A stretch of DNA of 56,884 nucleotides, the filler included, from Sphacelaria rigidula (taxonomy: Eukaryota): assembly GCA_964200075.2 (NCBI GenBank). It is 4 parts of 4 records of this genome, joined end to end, with 100 filler letters (N's around TTAATTAATTAA, not from the genome) between each part and the next. Parts side by side here need not be neighbours in the genome. Positions count along the whole stretch, not along the records: positions 28,496 to 42,640 come from CAXNAA020002430.1; positions 42,741 to 56,884 come from CAXNAA020002431.1; 2 more parts are not named here. One strand, written 5' to 3'. The notes beneath the pieces were generated by a model. That model was not told the DNA's origin. It was given only the letters and a program-made list of their open reading frames with translations, and ran no database searches. Shown one piece after another: positions 38,941 through 50,178 of the stretch (positions are counted from its first letter, which is position 1; every line of letters starts with the position of its first letter). A program made the position numbers and the translations under genes.

Positions 38941-39567
38941 CTTTACAGTCTTCTAGAGCCGTTCCGTTCATGTGATACAACGCATGTGCCTAGAGCTAGA
39001 GCCAGAGGCTGTCGCTGTGGAGTGTTGTTCGTCTGGCCTGAAAAATGCTGCATTTGAAACGGTTTTGTTCTCGCCGTATTCTCAGCCAACAGAGCACTTG
39101 TCATTTGTCTGCTCGTAATATATCGATTTGTAGTATAGAAACTTGTATGCGTCATATCTCGAGATAGATTACGAATCAGGTGAAGGTGAGGGTATTTTTT
39201 GTCCCCCCATGCTCCAGGGACAAAGATCCACACCAAAAATCGTCATCATCCGCTGAATGTATCGTTCGAGGTTTCATATAGATTTTAGTGTAGACGCTAT
39301 CTCGGTACGGTATAGGAACTACCAGACATGGGGTTGAATCAACGGGAAAATATTGGCCAAGACTCTTGAGCAGATGGGCACCTTCCCTTGATGAGATGAT
39401 TAATGCGATATGCGGATAAAGCCCGAACTCGTCTGTGTCGATGAGATATTGCTTCAAGAGCTCAATTCCGTTTTCAGGCTGGCCCAGCTCGTGGAGCTCT
39501 ACGAACGTTTTCGTCGAGTTCGGTGTTACTGAACCAGTCTAAGGCCATGTCTTATCAACTTTTTTCC

Positions 39568-40870
39568 GACTCGAAAACATGCGGTCGAATCAAACTGGTC
39601 GTTACGAGGCCGAATCAGATACGTCCACGGCATTTATGTTCCGAGATGGCTTCAAGTCCATTATATAATTAGTTGCGTGCGACGGGCAGGATCAAAAACA
39701 GAAAAGCTTAGCTTTTTCGAGCGAAACGAGCGGCGGAATAAACGAAGCGGCACGTAACTCCCATGTTGCAGACCATCGTGCCAGATACTACCCTTTCACA
39801 GAGGTACGCAAAACCCCCAGGGTTCATTCGCAGCTGTTAAATACGTCGTCAACCTTGCGGCATAGATCGCGGACTGAGAGGAGGGATACACTCACTGCAG
39901 TGATAGGAAACCGACATCTTCATTGTTTTGGCATTGTGTGTTTCTTCTTGTGGGCGAAAACTTGGGCATCCAAATTTGTGGCAGGGTCCACCGACGGAGT
40001 TGCGTGTTGGGGTGGGCGATCGAATTGCCAACGCGCTCAGGGACAGTCGAGGCGGTGGAAAACTGCACATGGTTCAAATCTGCTTCTCATCCTCTTGTAT
40101 GCAGAGTGTCAGAAAGCTGTGTTGTCTGTCAAATCTGCTGTATGTCGCGTTGCCCGCTTTTTTTTCTCATCGCGGCTGCATGCTGGGCGAAACACACGAA
40201 CTATCTGCATGACATAGTACAGTAGTACAGGCCGCCACGATTGTACAGTCTGCACTGTCTGTGCTGTACTATGTGTAGGTGAAGGAGCACGTGTGTTGCA
40301 GACAACCCTGCCAGGTGTCACCCTTTCACAGAATTACGCAAAACCCAAGTGATTCATTCGCAGCTACGTACCCAATCCTGCGGCATAGATCACGAACTCA
40401 GCATAGGGATATATACTGCAGCGGTGATGGGAAACCGACACCACCACACTTTCAGCATGTGTTTCTTCTTGTTGGCGAAAACTTGGGCATCTATTTTTCT
40501 GGCAGGGTCCACCGACGGAGTTGCGTATCGGAGTGGGCGATCGAATTGCCAACGCGGTCATGGACAGTCGAGGCAGTGAAAAACTGCGCGTGGTTCAAAT
40601 CTGCTTCGCATCCTCCTGCATGCAGAGAGTCAGAAAGCTGTGCTGTCTGACAAATCTGCTGTGTGTCGCTTGCCGGCTTCTTTTTCACATCGCGCCCGCA
40701 TGCTGTGCGAAACACACACCATCTGGACAACAGTACAGTACAGGACGCCACAGTTAGTTGTACAGTCTGTACTGTCTGCTCTGGACTGTCTAGTGGGTCC
40801 ATTGAATAGAAGTAAAGAAGTACCGCTTCACGATTTTCGCTTCGCCTTTTCGATTCAAAGCGTGCAAATT
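39568..40870 (+). repeat. Dispersed repeat, copy 2, with internal ~530-bp tandem duplication
   Basis: Blocks ~39790-40320 and ~40320-40800 are each homologous to ~32260-32720. Confidence 0.85.
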
Positions 40871-42640
40871 CGCTCGAACCTAAACATAGCAAAGCGAAGT
40901 AAATCAGTTCCGCCGCACAGACTCGTTCGAGTCGGAAAATATTTGATAAGACACCGCCTTACGCCAAAAAAAACTAAACGCAACTCAAATGTCAAGAGGC
41001 CCGCATGTAAGAATGATACGCACCTCATGTATCTTTCGACGGTTTAGTACTGTATTTCTATTACAAGTCAAGCGTTATTGTGCGTGTGGGTTTCTCCGCC
41101 GTATCTGGAGTAACTAGCCTGAAACTTGGCACAGAGGTGAACCACAACAGAGATACCATATTCCCGGTTCGGCGGCACGTGTTGGAGGGTGCGTAAGAGG
41201 GACCCCAACAAATGCAGAATTTGGGCGATATCGTCGATATGCCCTCAAAACGGCGTCTCCGCCGCCCAGACTGCGTGAGACGTCAGTGGATGCAACTGCT
41301 GACACGCTAATGCGTTCACTTTCACATCATGACCCGCTGGGTGGCTCTCGGCTCGGCAAACAAACATCGATCCGTGTTGGGCACACTCTGGATTATTTCA
41401 TTCTACGCGGTACCCATCTTGGTATCGCCTTTAGAGGTCCTTACTCCAAGAGGCACGGCCGTGAAAGCACCATCAATGCTTTTACGCGCTGAAACTTCGA
41501 TCACATGTCAGGTGGACAGCAGAGAACAACCTCATTTTGCTGAATCTGGGGTTGCCCAGTGTGTGCATGCATATTGAGGTGAAAATATGTCCGATTCTGT
41601 TTCAAATTTTCCTCTCTTTTTTTTTGCGTAAGACCCACTTTTATGGCAACGAATCTCGATTTTTTGGGACCCCGATTTTGAAAAATCAGGGGGACTCACA
41701 TTCGTGACCTCAAAATCTGGGGGGCCGTTTAATGGCACAGACGGTCAAGTGTCACAGATTTGTGAAATGGTTCTGTACACAGACGATCATATTCTGCATG
41801 AGCGTGGTACTGCGTACTCGTGCATGAAGCCGAAGAGCAGGCAGGCGGTCAACAATCCTTCGAGTACAGTGTCGCACTTTGGTACCCTAAGGTAGCACAG
41901 TGCAGGACACTTCATCAGTACAGTACATGATAGTACCGTGTGGTAGTACATGATGGCACAGCCGGTATTGCGGGCCAGGCAACAGTGCGCGAGCAGAGTT
42001 CACAAGTGCAGTACGGTGCATCAACCCTCAAGTAGAGCGACAACGGCTAGGAGAGTACAGTAGCGTTCGTTATAGTGATACATATGGCAGCGCAGCGCAG
42101 CATAGAATATTACTATCGCTGCAGGGTGCGCCGTCAGCACTTATTATCCGCTTGTCATACCCCATGCGAAGTTACCTCAGCAGCTGGGGCGGGCAGTAGG
42201 CACCCCCTGTGCTGTCAACAGACTGTCTTCTGGTACCGTTGCAGAATATCAGACGCCTCGTACTCTAGCATTGCACGTCACTGCACGTACGTCACCTCGA
42301 AAAAATCGGATGGAGCCACGATCTCGAAATAATTTCCCCCGGTTCACCTCCGGATTTTTTCGCTCCCGATTTGCTCTAAATCCGTGTCCATACAGTGCTT
42401 CCCCGATTTTTTTCCCCCCTATTTAGAAGTTATCAAGATTCATGCTCGCCGTAAAAGTGGGTCTTTTAGGCCGGATGTTATGGCAAGCAGATTTTTGGCC
42501 CACGGATTGTTGACTTTTGGCACGTTTGAGCCACTTATTGCCTAACTCGGCGTGGTGGGTGTTTTTTTCACACTTTCGTGTTTCGCAGCGGAAAGAGATT
42601 GAAAGCTGAAAAAAAGTTCGTTATTATTGTGAACACATGC

Positions 42641-42740
42641 NNNNNNNNNNNNNNNNNNNNNNNNNNNNNNNNNNNNNNNNNNNNTTAATTAATTAANNNN
42701 NNNNNNNNNNNNNNNNNNNNNNNNNNNNNNNNNNNNNNNN
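42641..42740. other. Artificial contig linker
   Basis: Same N44-TTAATTAATTAA-N44 structure. Confidence 0.97.
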
Positions 42741-42803
42741 CCGGCTTTGTAGGGATGCGAGGTCAATGGTCTGATGACTATGGCAAGCATGATCATGAGT
42801 ACA
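42741..42803. mobile_element. End of LTR-like element (same family as 20584-20812) interrupting the Bro-like gene
   Basis: CCGGCTTTGTAGGGATGCGAGGTCAATGGTC..GATCATGAGTACA nearly identical to 20750-20812. Confidence 0.75.
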
Positions 42804-44054
42804 CCCCCCGCGCACGGCGACGTGGCACTCGGGCGTCGGCACCGATGTTCCCGGGTCCGTAGGCGCGGCTTCGGCCGGGGTAGCCACGACCACGGCGTTG
42901 ACGGGTTCCGTTGTGGTCGGGGCCGTTATGGCCGGGGCCGTGACACCCGAAGCACGCCTGAAGGCACGGTTCTGAATGTCAAAAATGCGATCACACAACT
43001 CTATTTCCCCCCTGGAGTCCAGGGGGCGAATCTGTTCAAAGGATTCCTTCAGGGCCATGACCAGTGACACCTCAGCTTTCACCAGTGATACCTCGTTGTT
43101 CGCACGGTGAAGATTCGTCTGATGCATCTCTTGGTCAATGTGACGCTGCACTTGAGAAGATACGTAGGCTTGATACTGTTCAGTGGTGGCGAGTTCCATG
43201 ATCTCCGGGCCGATGCGAGCCCTCTTCGCGTCGGATTCACCGCCCATGAAGCGTTGAAAGGCCCTTCCCTCCTCGGAGCCCTGAAGGCGATTACGCCTAG
43301 ACTCAATCTCCTCGCAGATGGAGGTGTCTCCCGAGAGAGCACGACAGATAGTTTCGGCCGACTGGCGGCGAAATTCCTTGGCAGCCCTCCCGGGAAGCAT
43401 CCAAATGATTTCGGTGATGGTTTTGGCGTCGCTCACGGGGGTGGTGCGCCCCTTTCCGTTGATCTATATGTGGTCCACGCGATCCGCGATTGAGGTCGCA
43501 TCAACTTGATCCGACTCGTGTCGTTCGTCTTGATCCTTGGCGAACACGCGGCTGAGAGCAGTTTTTGCGTAGTCTCCTGTCGCGCCAGGGCACAGAAGCT
43601 TGATGACGTCAATAACCGATCCTTTTCCAGAGGCCTCGTCGACGCGGATGGAGCCAATGATTCCAATTGTCCTCAGCGATTTCTGCAGCACAGATGCCTT
43701 GGTTTCGAATTCTTCATCGGCACCGTCAGGATCATCACCAGAAATGCCGGCACGCACACGCTCGACACGCTCAGCGAGAGAGCGCTTGAACGCCTCCCCC
43801 GATTCTTGCCTCCACGAAGCCCATTTCCTTCCGGGTAGGTTGTCTAGGATGTAGTTACACGTGGCGAGATCGGCAACGACGGTTGACTTCTGATTGATCG
43901 AGCGCTTGGTCATCGCCGGGACGCTCGTGACATCTTTTAGCACGCCGTTAACGCTCCGCAGGATAGAGCCAGGGTGTGCTTCGGAGTTGGCACACTGGAT
44001 CATGCTTGACACTCCAACATCACCAGACGACGGGTCCACTACGATGTTGTCCAT
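42804..44054 (-). pseudogene. Intronless protein with two tandem Bro-N/KilA-N-like DNA-binding domains (large DNA virus type); one premature TAG, 3' end cut by LTR
   Basis: ORFs 43464-44054 and 42693-43436 are in the same frame, separated by one TAG (43464-43466). IRVDEASGKGSVIDVI..INGKGRTTPVSDAKTITEIIWMLPGRAAKEFRRQSA, with a diverged N-terminal copy. Confidence 0.65.
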
Positions 44055-44998
44055 TTATTTTCGATGTTTTGATGTGTTTGGTGGTTGGTAAGGTGATAAT
44101 GGGTGAGAATAAAGTTGTGAGCTGTTGCGCGCACGGAGTTGATCTAAAGTTGATCGTTCAAAACAGTCTACTCTTTCCGGTGTATGACGTGTATGACGTG
44201 TATGACGTGTATGATGGGTATGATGGATCGAAGTCATCAACTCGCGATATACTTGTAGGAATATCCGTAAAAACAAAAATATTTTGTGGCGGTACACCTC
44301 GTTTTCTATTTTTCTACATCTGTGCCCCCATTCTCTTCCCACCCCCTCTCGTTCACTTTTGTTCCTGTGGTCCGCATTTTTTTGGTGGAAGATGAAGCCA
44401 AGGTGAGAGAAAAAAATTACACGCAATGGAAGGAATTTCGCGCGGTGCCATAATTTTGGAGGAATTCCGCTGTTGAGACGCATATCTCTATGAGCCGATT
44501 TCGAATTCTCAATCCAGACCTTGAACCGGGTATCCGGACCTGACCCGGTTCAATACTAAAACTAGTATAATTTTTGGTGCCCACAATGTCACTTATTGTC
44601 AAATCTCAACTTTTTTTCGAAAAAAATGTCACCAAAACTTTCGAGTTTCAGGGGGCAAACATCCGGACCTGAACCGGGTAAAAACGTGGTCCGGTTGGTG
44701 AACCGGTTGGTCTGGATGCGAACCGGGTAAAAGTGTCTTTTTGCAGGAACAACACTGTTGAGACGCATCTTTCTATATGCTAAAGATAAATGCGAACGGG
44801 CACAAAGTACCGGTTGGTCTGATTGGAATAGGCACGTACCGGTTCAAAACGTCTTTTTTTCAAAAATACCGTTTGGCCCATGTTCCTATACAACCCAACC
44901 GGTCTTTTTCTCAAAAACACGTTTTGGCCATTTGGGCGATAATTTTTGAAAAAAAGACACTTTGAACATGTATCTTTTTGAAAAAAAGACACTTTCCG

Positions 44999-45300
44999 TA
45001 AATACACGCTTTGAAATATCGCCCTTCCCTCAACCTCCGAGTCAACCTCGAATTAGACTTCGTCACTGACACCAAGTGCTGACGCCAACCTGGAACTACA
45101 TTTTGTTCTGAAAAAGGCACGTTGAACATGTGGCACGTTGAACGTGTTTTCCCGAAAATACACGCTTTGAAATCCGCCCTTTCCTCAACCTCCGAGTCAA
45201 CCTCCGAGTCAACCTTAAGGTAGACTTCGTTATTAACGCCAAGTGCTGACGCCAAACCGGAACTACATTTTGTTCTGAAAAAAGACACGTTGAACAAGTG
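44999..45300 (+). repeat. Two-copy tandem duplication (~157-182 bp period)
   Basis: AAATACACGCTTTGAAAT..CCAAGTGCTGACGCCAA..GGAACTACATTTTGTTCTGAAAAA repeated. Confidence 0.85.
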
Positions 45301-46255
45301 TCTTTTCTTTAAAAAAAAACACACTTTCCCGAAAAACGTTGTCGGGCCCGACCTGTTTTTGCTTCCTGGTTGGCTTCGATCCATACCTCACCTCGTGCTC
45401 GGCATCGACCCGGGCCTTGACATGGAAGTGGTATTTAAACCCAATGCATTTGTACACACCAACAGGCACTGGAAGGACAGCGGTCGCCGTCTCTTGAGAA
45501 ACGGTGGGAATGGGCACTGTGGTTATGTCTCGCTTCTGCAGCTGTACGCGATCATACAAGGATTTGCACCCCACGAGGTGGAAGACGCGTTCTTGGAGGG
45601 GTGTCCTGAGTCCCGAGCCAAGCTGATCGACGCCGCTCGTGAACTGACGAAAATAGTGTTGCTCGAGTCAGGAGACGCTATCATATTCAACGGCCCACAG
45701 ACCGCGACCACAGAGCTAGAGATCAAGGGGCTTGCACTCGACGACAACAGGGACATCAAAAACCTAGTGGACGCCGTAAACGTGATAGGATATGTCGACC
45801 GTGCCGGTGGTGGCGGCGGTGGTCACGCTGACAACAGGGCTCTCCGCCATTTCGCCAATGGCTTGGGCATGAAAAAGCTTGAGCTTGTCCGAGAGGTCGT
45901 GGTCGAAGACGAGACGCTTCTCATGGTGGTTGACGGCCTATCCACGCCACTGGCGGGGGTGTCTACGGTGATGTGGCAGCCGGGACACTGGAGCGCCATC
46001 GCTTCCAACGTGAGTCCATCGTGCAAATATGTTGACGATCGGTTTCACCCACCGCCCTCCGGTTTCACATTGACTCCTTCCCCGACTCCGCCCCCGGGTT
46101 TCATCCATTTCATCCATTTTCGGTCCCCAAAAATTGACCTTTACCCTGACTCCGCCTCACCCTTTCACCCATCGCAAAAATTGACTCCTACCATGACTAT
46201 TTCCAGGCCGACACGGGAGCCACGGGGTGCTGGTCCGAGCCCGACAGCGTGCTGA
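45290..46255 (+). CDS. OTU-like cysteine protease domain ORF (true start uncertain, possibly M at 45422)
   Basis: Longest ORF in the contig; NGGNGHCGY (Cys motif, ~45500-45526), GGHADNRAL (variable-loop position), VMWQPGHWSAI (His motif, ~45968-46000), then a Pro-rich tail. Confidence 0.6.
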   Translation: MNKCLFFKKKHTFPKNVVGPDLFLLPGWLRSIPHLVLGIDPGLDMEVVFKPNAFVHTNRHWKDSGRRLLRNGGNGHCGYVSLLQLYAIIQGFAPHEVEDAFLEGCPESRAKLIDAARELTKIVLLESGDAIIFNGPQTATTELEIKGLALDDNRDIKNLVDAVNVIGYVDRAGGGGGGHADNRALRHFANGLGMKKLELVREVVVEDETLLMVVDGLSTPLAGVSTVMWQPGHWSAIASNVSPSCKYVDDRFHPPPSGFTLTPSPTPPPGFIHFIHFRSPKIDLYPDSASPFHPSQKLTPTMTISRPTREPRGAGPSPTAC

Positions 46256-46543
46256 ACTTTCTCTTGGAGCTCATCAACGAAAGGCTACAGGTGTGTGTAT
46301 GAATGTGGGCGCTTATTCCCAATGAAATTCCTGGTTGAACTGAAGAGTGGACCCCTGGTTGAAATGGAGGGTGACCTCACAAAAATATTTATTTTTTTCA
46401 CGTGGATCCTTGGTTGAACTGGAGAGTGGACTCCTGGTTGAAATGGAGGGTGACCTCACAAAAATTGTTTTCGGTGTTGTTTCGCGGATCCCTGAAGTGG
46501 AGGGTGACCAAAATACTAATCAATCATTTTCATCCCACGCGTT

Positions 46544-47483
46544 TTGTTGCGTTTTTGGAAGCTTTGGAAGCTCTGTGACAGCGGCATCGACACGACGTTC
46601 CCCGACTCGACCACCGAGCCCCCGTCCCCCAGCTCAACGGACACTTCGATCCCCGACTCGACCACCAAGCCCGCGATCCCGACCGAGCTCCCGAGCCCCA
46701 GCTCAACGCACGGGCGCCGGCAGTCTTGGGATTGGTCGGACGATGAATTCTGGGGCGATGATGAGAACTACCTCGACCACAACAGCGTGCAAGTGTCGGA
46801 AGACGACGACGAGAAATACCTCGCTTCCGCCTGGCAGAACTACCTCGGTGACATCAGCGTGCACGTCATGGAGGAAGAGGAGGGAGAGGTTTGCCTCGGT
46901 CTGTCGATCTGGCAGGTTTGGGTACGGAGGACTCGGAAGAGGAAGCGGAGCGGGCGGGGGGCAATGACAAAGCGCAGGCGCCGCCAGGACCGCCCCCGCC
47001 GGGAACGCCGCCGCCGCCGCCGGGCCCTGCGTCGCAAGAAGCTGGCTAGGCCTGGACGCGTGATCAAACGGCGCCGGCCTCGCGCCTGCTTCAGGGGAGG
47101 GGCGAATCCTCCAAGTGCTTATTCCCCAACAGCGTGAGGTATTTCTCAGTGTCCATTAAGAATCCCTTTCGATCGTTAGTGGTAAATGTGGTACCCTGCA
47201 TTTTTTTTCTGTCATCTTCACCAACTCGGGATAACTCATATTTTTCCATCGACGCAGGGATGATCGGGAAGCAAGGCGCAAGGCGCGGGAAGACAGGTGC
47301 AGAGCCGAGGAGGAAGCAAGGCGCAAGGCCGAGGAAGACGAGGACAACGACGATGAATTCCGGGGCGTCGTCGAGGAAGTGTCCGAGGAAGGCGCAGGGG
47401 AAGTCTGCAATGAGGCTGGCTGCACCGAAGCACCGATCTATGGTCACCCTGGTACTTCCACGGGAAATTTCATACCAGCTTGA
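46544..47483 (+). CDS. Spliced low-complexity protein (acidic then Arg-rich) ending in a partial EsV-1-7-like Cys motif
   Basis: Exon to 47133 (GC|gtgagg) joins exon 47258-47483 (acgcag|G GAT), giving DDREARRKA..EVCNEAGCTEAPIYGHPG..*; C-x4-C-x3-P-x-YG matches the first half of an EsV-1-7 repeat. Confidence 0.5.
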
Positions 47484-47756
47484 TCTCCAGCCAAAAGTCT
47501 CTGCAACCATTTAGTTACACATCACACAAGTGTTTTTCTTCATGAATCATGAACTGCCAGTCAGCCGATTCCCCCTTTGGTACGATTCGTATGGAACATC
47601 CGTGTGGGGTTAAACCTAAGCGTCAAATCATTTCAACGGGGTGCTCTTGTACTTCCTAGTCTGATTTTGAGCATTTATGATAGATTGTCTAACCATTTCC
47701 TCTTGCATTTGTTTCGCCTCCAAAACTTTTGTATACGCCCTGAACATCCCATTCAA

Positions 47757-48658
47757 TTAACCCGCCAGGAACGGTGGCATGTTACGTCCGAGTCTATCAA
47801 CGACAGTGCTTATTGTTAAAACTCTAGTTCTAATGACCGTGTTCAAGTAGTGATCCGAGACTCTCTGAGAAACCCAGTAATTGTCCTGGAAGTACTGGAA
47901 ATACCCGAGACTAGTCGACGCCTTCACATTCGAATTCATCACGTTTTCGTACAATAGCTTCTCAAATTTGTCAACGACTGCAACGTATTGGTGAATGATG
48001 TTGGCCTGCAGCAAAAACTCTTCGTGCAGGGCGTCCTTGATCTCGGTGTTTTCTTCGCAGTCAGAATCCTCGTAGTACGTGGGAGAGTAGTTCGCCAAGA
48101 ATTGGTAGCCGTCGAACACAAAAAAAATCTGCATCTTGAACTTCGTTGTCCCTCTGCTTTTTATGTTTTTGACACTGACGCAGAATCTTCCACCTATTGC
48201 AGACTTGGTGGTTAATTGCTTCGGTAGTGTAAAAAGCTGACATTCTTTCCAATGCTTCCTCTTTCGTGCCCACCATCTATCTCGATGAGCATCTCTAACG
48301 ATATGTGGGATGTGTCCTCTTCACCATGCTCATTGATGCAGTTGGGCTTGTCTTTTGACCGACCCGTCTGTCGTATGGATCCTCGCTCGTCGATTGCTTT
48401 CCCCCAAACTTTGTGGAATGACGAAACGTCCGAAACAATCGCCGATGCTCCGCAGATGCCATATACTTGTGTGGGGGACATTCTAACAGCTTTGCACGAT
48501 GTCTAGAAAAATATTCGCACATGACCATCGCTTTCGAAAATTCCAGCATATCCGATACCGTAAGCTGCCGATACTCGACCGAAGATGTGTTCAAAGTCTA
48601 CAATACATCCTTCTCCAAACGTGACACACAATTTAGTAGATCTACCCGTTGAGGGCAT
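47757..48658 (-). pseudogene. Degraded intronless virus-like hypothetical gene
   Basis: ATG 48658 MPSTGRSTKLCVTF..GHVRIFF*(48503-48505)TSCKAVRMSPTQ..INEHGEEDTSHISLEML, then frameshifts into ORFs 48061-48276 and 47757-48134. IN-x-G-x-E-x3-HI recalls a motif frequent in NCLDV hypothetical proteins. Confidence 0.5.
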
Positions 48659-48764
48659 GGTACTTAGTAGATCTACCCGTTGAACAAGAGGTCAGAACAC
48701 TCGTGACAATAGAAAAAAAAATGACTGACCTTCACCTCAAACACCTCAAACATCGATCTTTATA

Positions 48765-48805
48765 TCGGGTGCCACCCTTGAGAATATTTGAAGGGTGGCA
48801 CCCGA
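48765..48805. promoter_or_regulatory. Perfect GC-rich hairpin (15-bp stem, 11-nt AT-rich loop) between divergent genes
   Basis: TCGGGTGCCACCCTT-GAGAATATTTG-AAGGGTGGCACCCGA; stem motif recurs at ~48892 and ~48982; function inferred only. Confidence 0.55.
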
Positions 48806-49159
48806 GGTAGTTTGAACAAATCCGTTCCACTTCAAACCGTGTTTCAGGGCGTGCAAGTTGTGGTGGAGTATATTTGGTCTGGATCTTTTGTAAGGGTGAC
48901 CCCTCGTCTGAACAAGTCGAAAACGTCGATGCTGATCTCCCATTCATCGGCTCGAAGAACTGATAGTGTAGCCGAACTACAGGTGCCACCCTTTATCGCG
49001 TTTTCTCGCGCGTTCGAGATTCATGACTTTTTGATTTTTGATTTTTTTTTTTCAAAATCCTCGGGACATCGCTGGCTCAATAAAAATTCGGCCGTAAAAT
49101 ATCGGCTGAGGGGTTACGTGTGTGGGTAGCATGTGAGGTATGTGCAGGGGGTACAAGTG

Positions 49160-49432
49160 ATGAACCCCCTAACAGAGGTCAAACCGTACGTCTGTGACGC
49201 CGAGGGGTGCGGAGCAGCTTTTGTCCAGTCGAGCAATCTCGCGACGCACAAGAGCACGCATACCATCGAGGGTCAGATTCGTCGCAAGAAGCAAGAACAC
49301 CGTGTCAACAAACTTCTACAGGCTTGGGGATACACCGTCGACTGCGAGACTACGATAAACGCTCTGTCAGGAAGGTGTCTGGTGGACACACAAAGGCATT
49401 TCTCTCGGCTGGGTGGGATTGACTACGTTTGA
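49160..49432 (+). pseudogene. C2H2 zinc finger followed by the truncated start of a putative PD-(D/E)xK-type nuclease domain
   Basis: KPYVCDAEGCGAAFVQSSNLATHKSTH is a canonical C2H2 finger; RRKKQEHRVNKLL..E..FSRL resembles ZnF-endonuclease fusions of large DNA viruses; stops early. Confidence 0.6.
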
Positions 49433-49439
49433 CTACAAG

Positions 49440-49571
49440 CTAATAAACGGCTAGACGAAGCTTGTTGAGTTTGGCTTCGGTTGCCATACCAGCCTTGTGG
49501 CTCTCGTACCACACTCCATACTTTGCGATTTTCTCGCTGCGCTTCTTCTTATTCTTGTTATAGCGAGGCAT
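49440..49571 (-). CDS. Possible small basic protein (43 aa)
   Basis: MPRYNKNKKKRSEKIAKYGVWYESHKAGMATEAKLNKLRLAVY; converges on the zinc-finger ORF. Confidence 0.25.
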   Translation of the reverse strand: MPRYNKNKKKRSEKIAKYGVWYESHKAGMATEAKLNKLRLAVY

Positions 49572-49866
49572 CTTGGCCTTTAAAGCCAAGCATAGATATA
49601 TTTTGTGCTGTATGGAACTTGATGGCGGCAATACCATCCACCCCATCACATGCCACCCCAAGAGCAAAACGTGCACTCACCCAGGTCAACGCTCCCCCAA
49701 GCCATGCCCTGCCATGTATCCCCGGACCTCTCCCCCAAGCCATGTCCACCAGCCATGTCCCCGGACCTGTTTCAGTACGGGCAAAACCAAAGGCAAGGCA
49801 AAAAAGCGCAAACTGATGACCATATGTGACGGCAGGGCGCTCTTCCCCGTTTTTTCAGCCCACGAC

Positions 49867-50178
49867 GCTGCAAAAACGAATCGTGCTGTGTACAGCACTT
49901 TCCATATCGAATCGGCGTGTGAGCCCCACCAACGAAAGTTGCGCTATATCCCAAGGCTTCAGAAAATACCACTGGTTGCCTTCAACTCGGAAAATTTGAG
50001 GAGAAAAGGGTGAAACAGTGGGGCCCCGTGTTTCCACACTGGCTCCTCCGGCTTTGGCTGCAAAAACGAATCGTGCTGTGTACAGCGCTCTTCGTATCGA
50101 ACCGGCGTGTGACCCACCAAAGAAAGTTGCGCTATGTCCCAAGGATTCAGAAAATACCTTTGGTTGCTCTCAACTCGA
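49867..50178 (+). repeat. Direct duplication (190-bp period)
   Basis: GCTGCAAAAACGAATCGTGCTGTGTACAGC..AAAGTTGCGCTAT..CAACTCG at 49867 and 50057. Confidence 0.85.
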
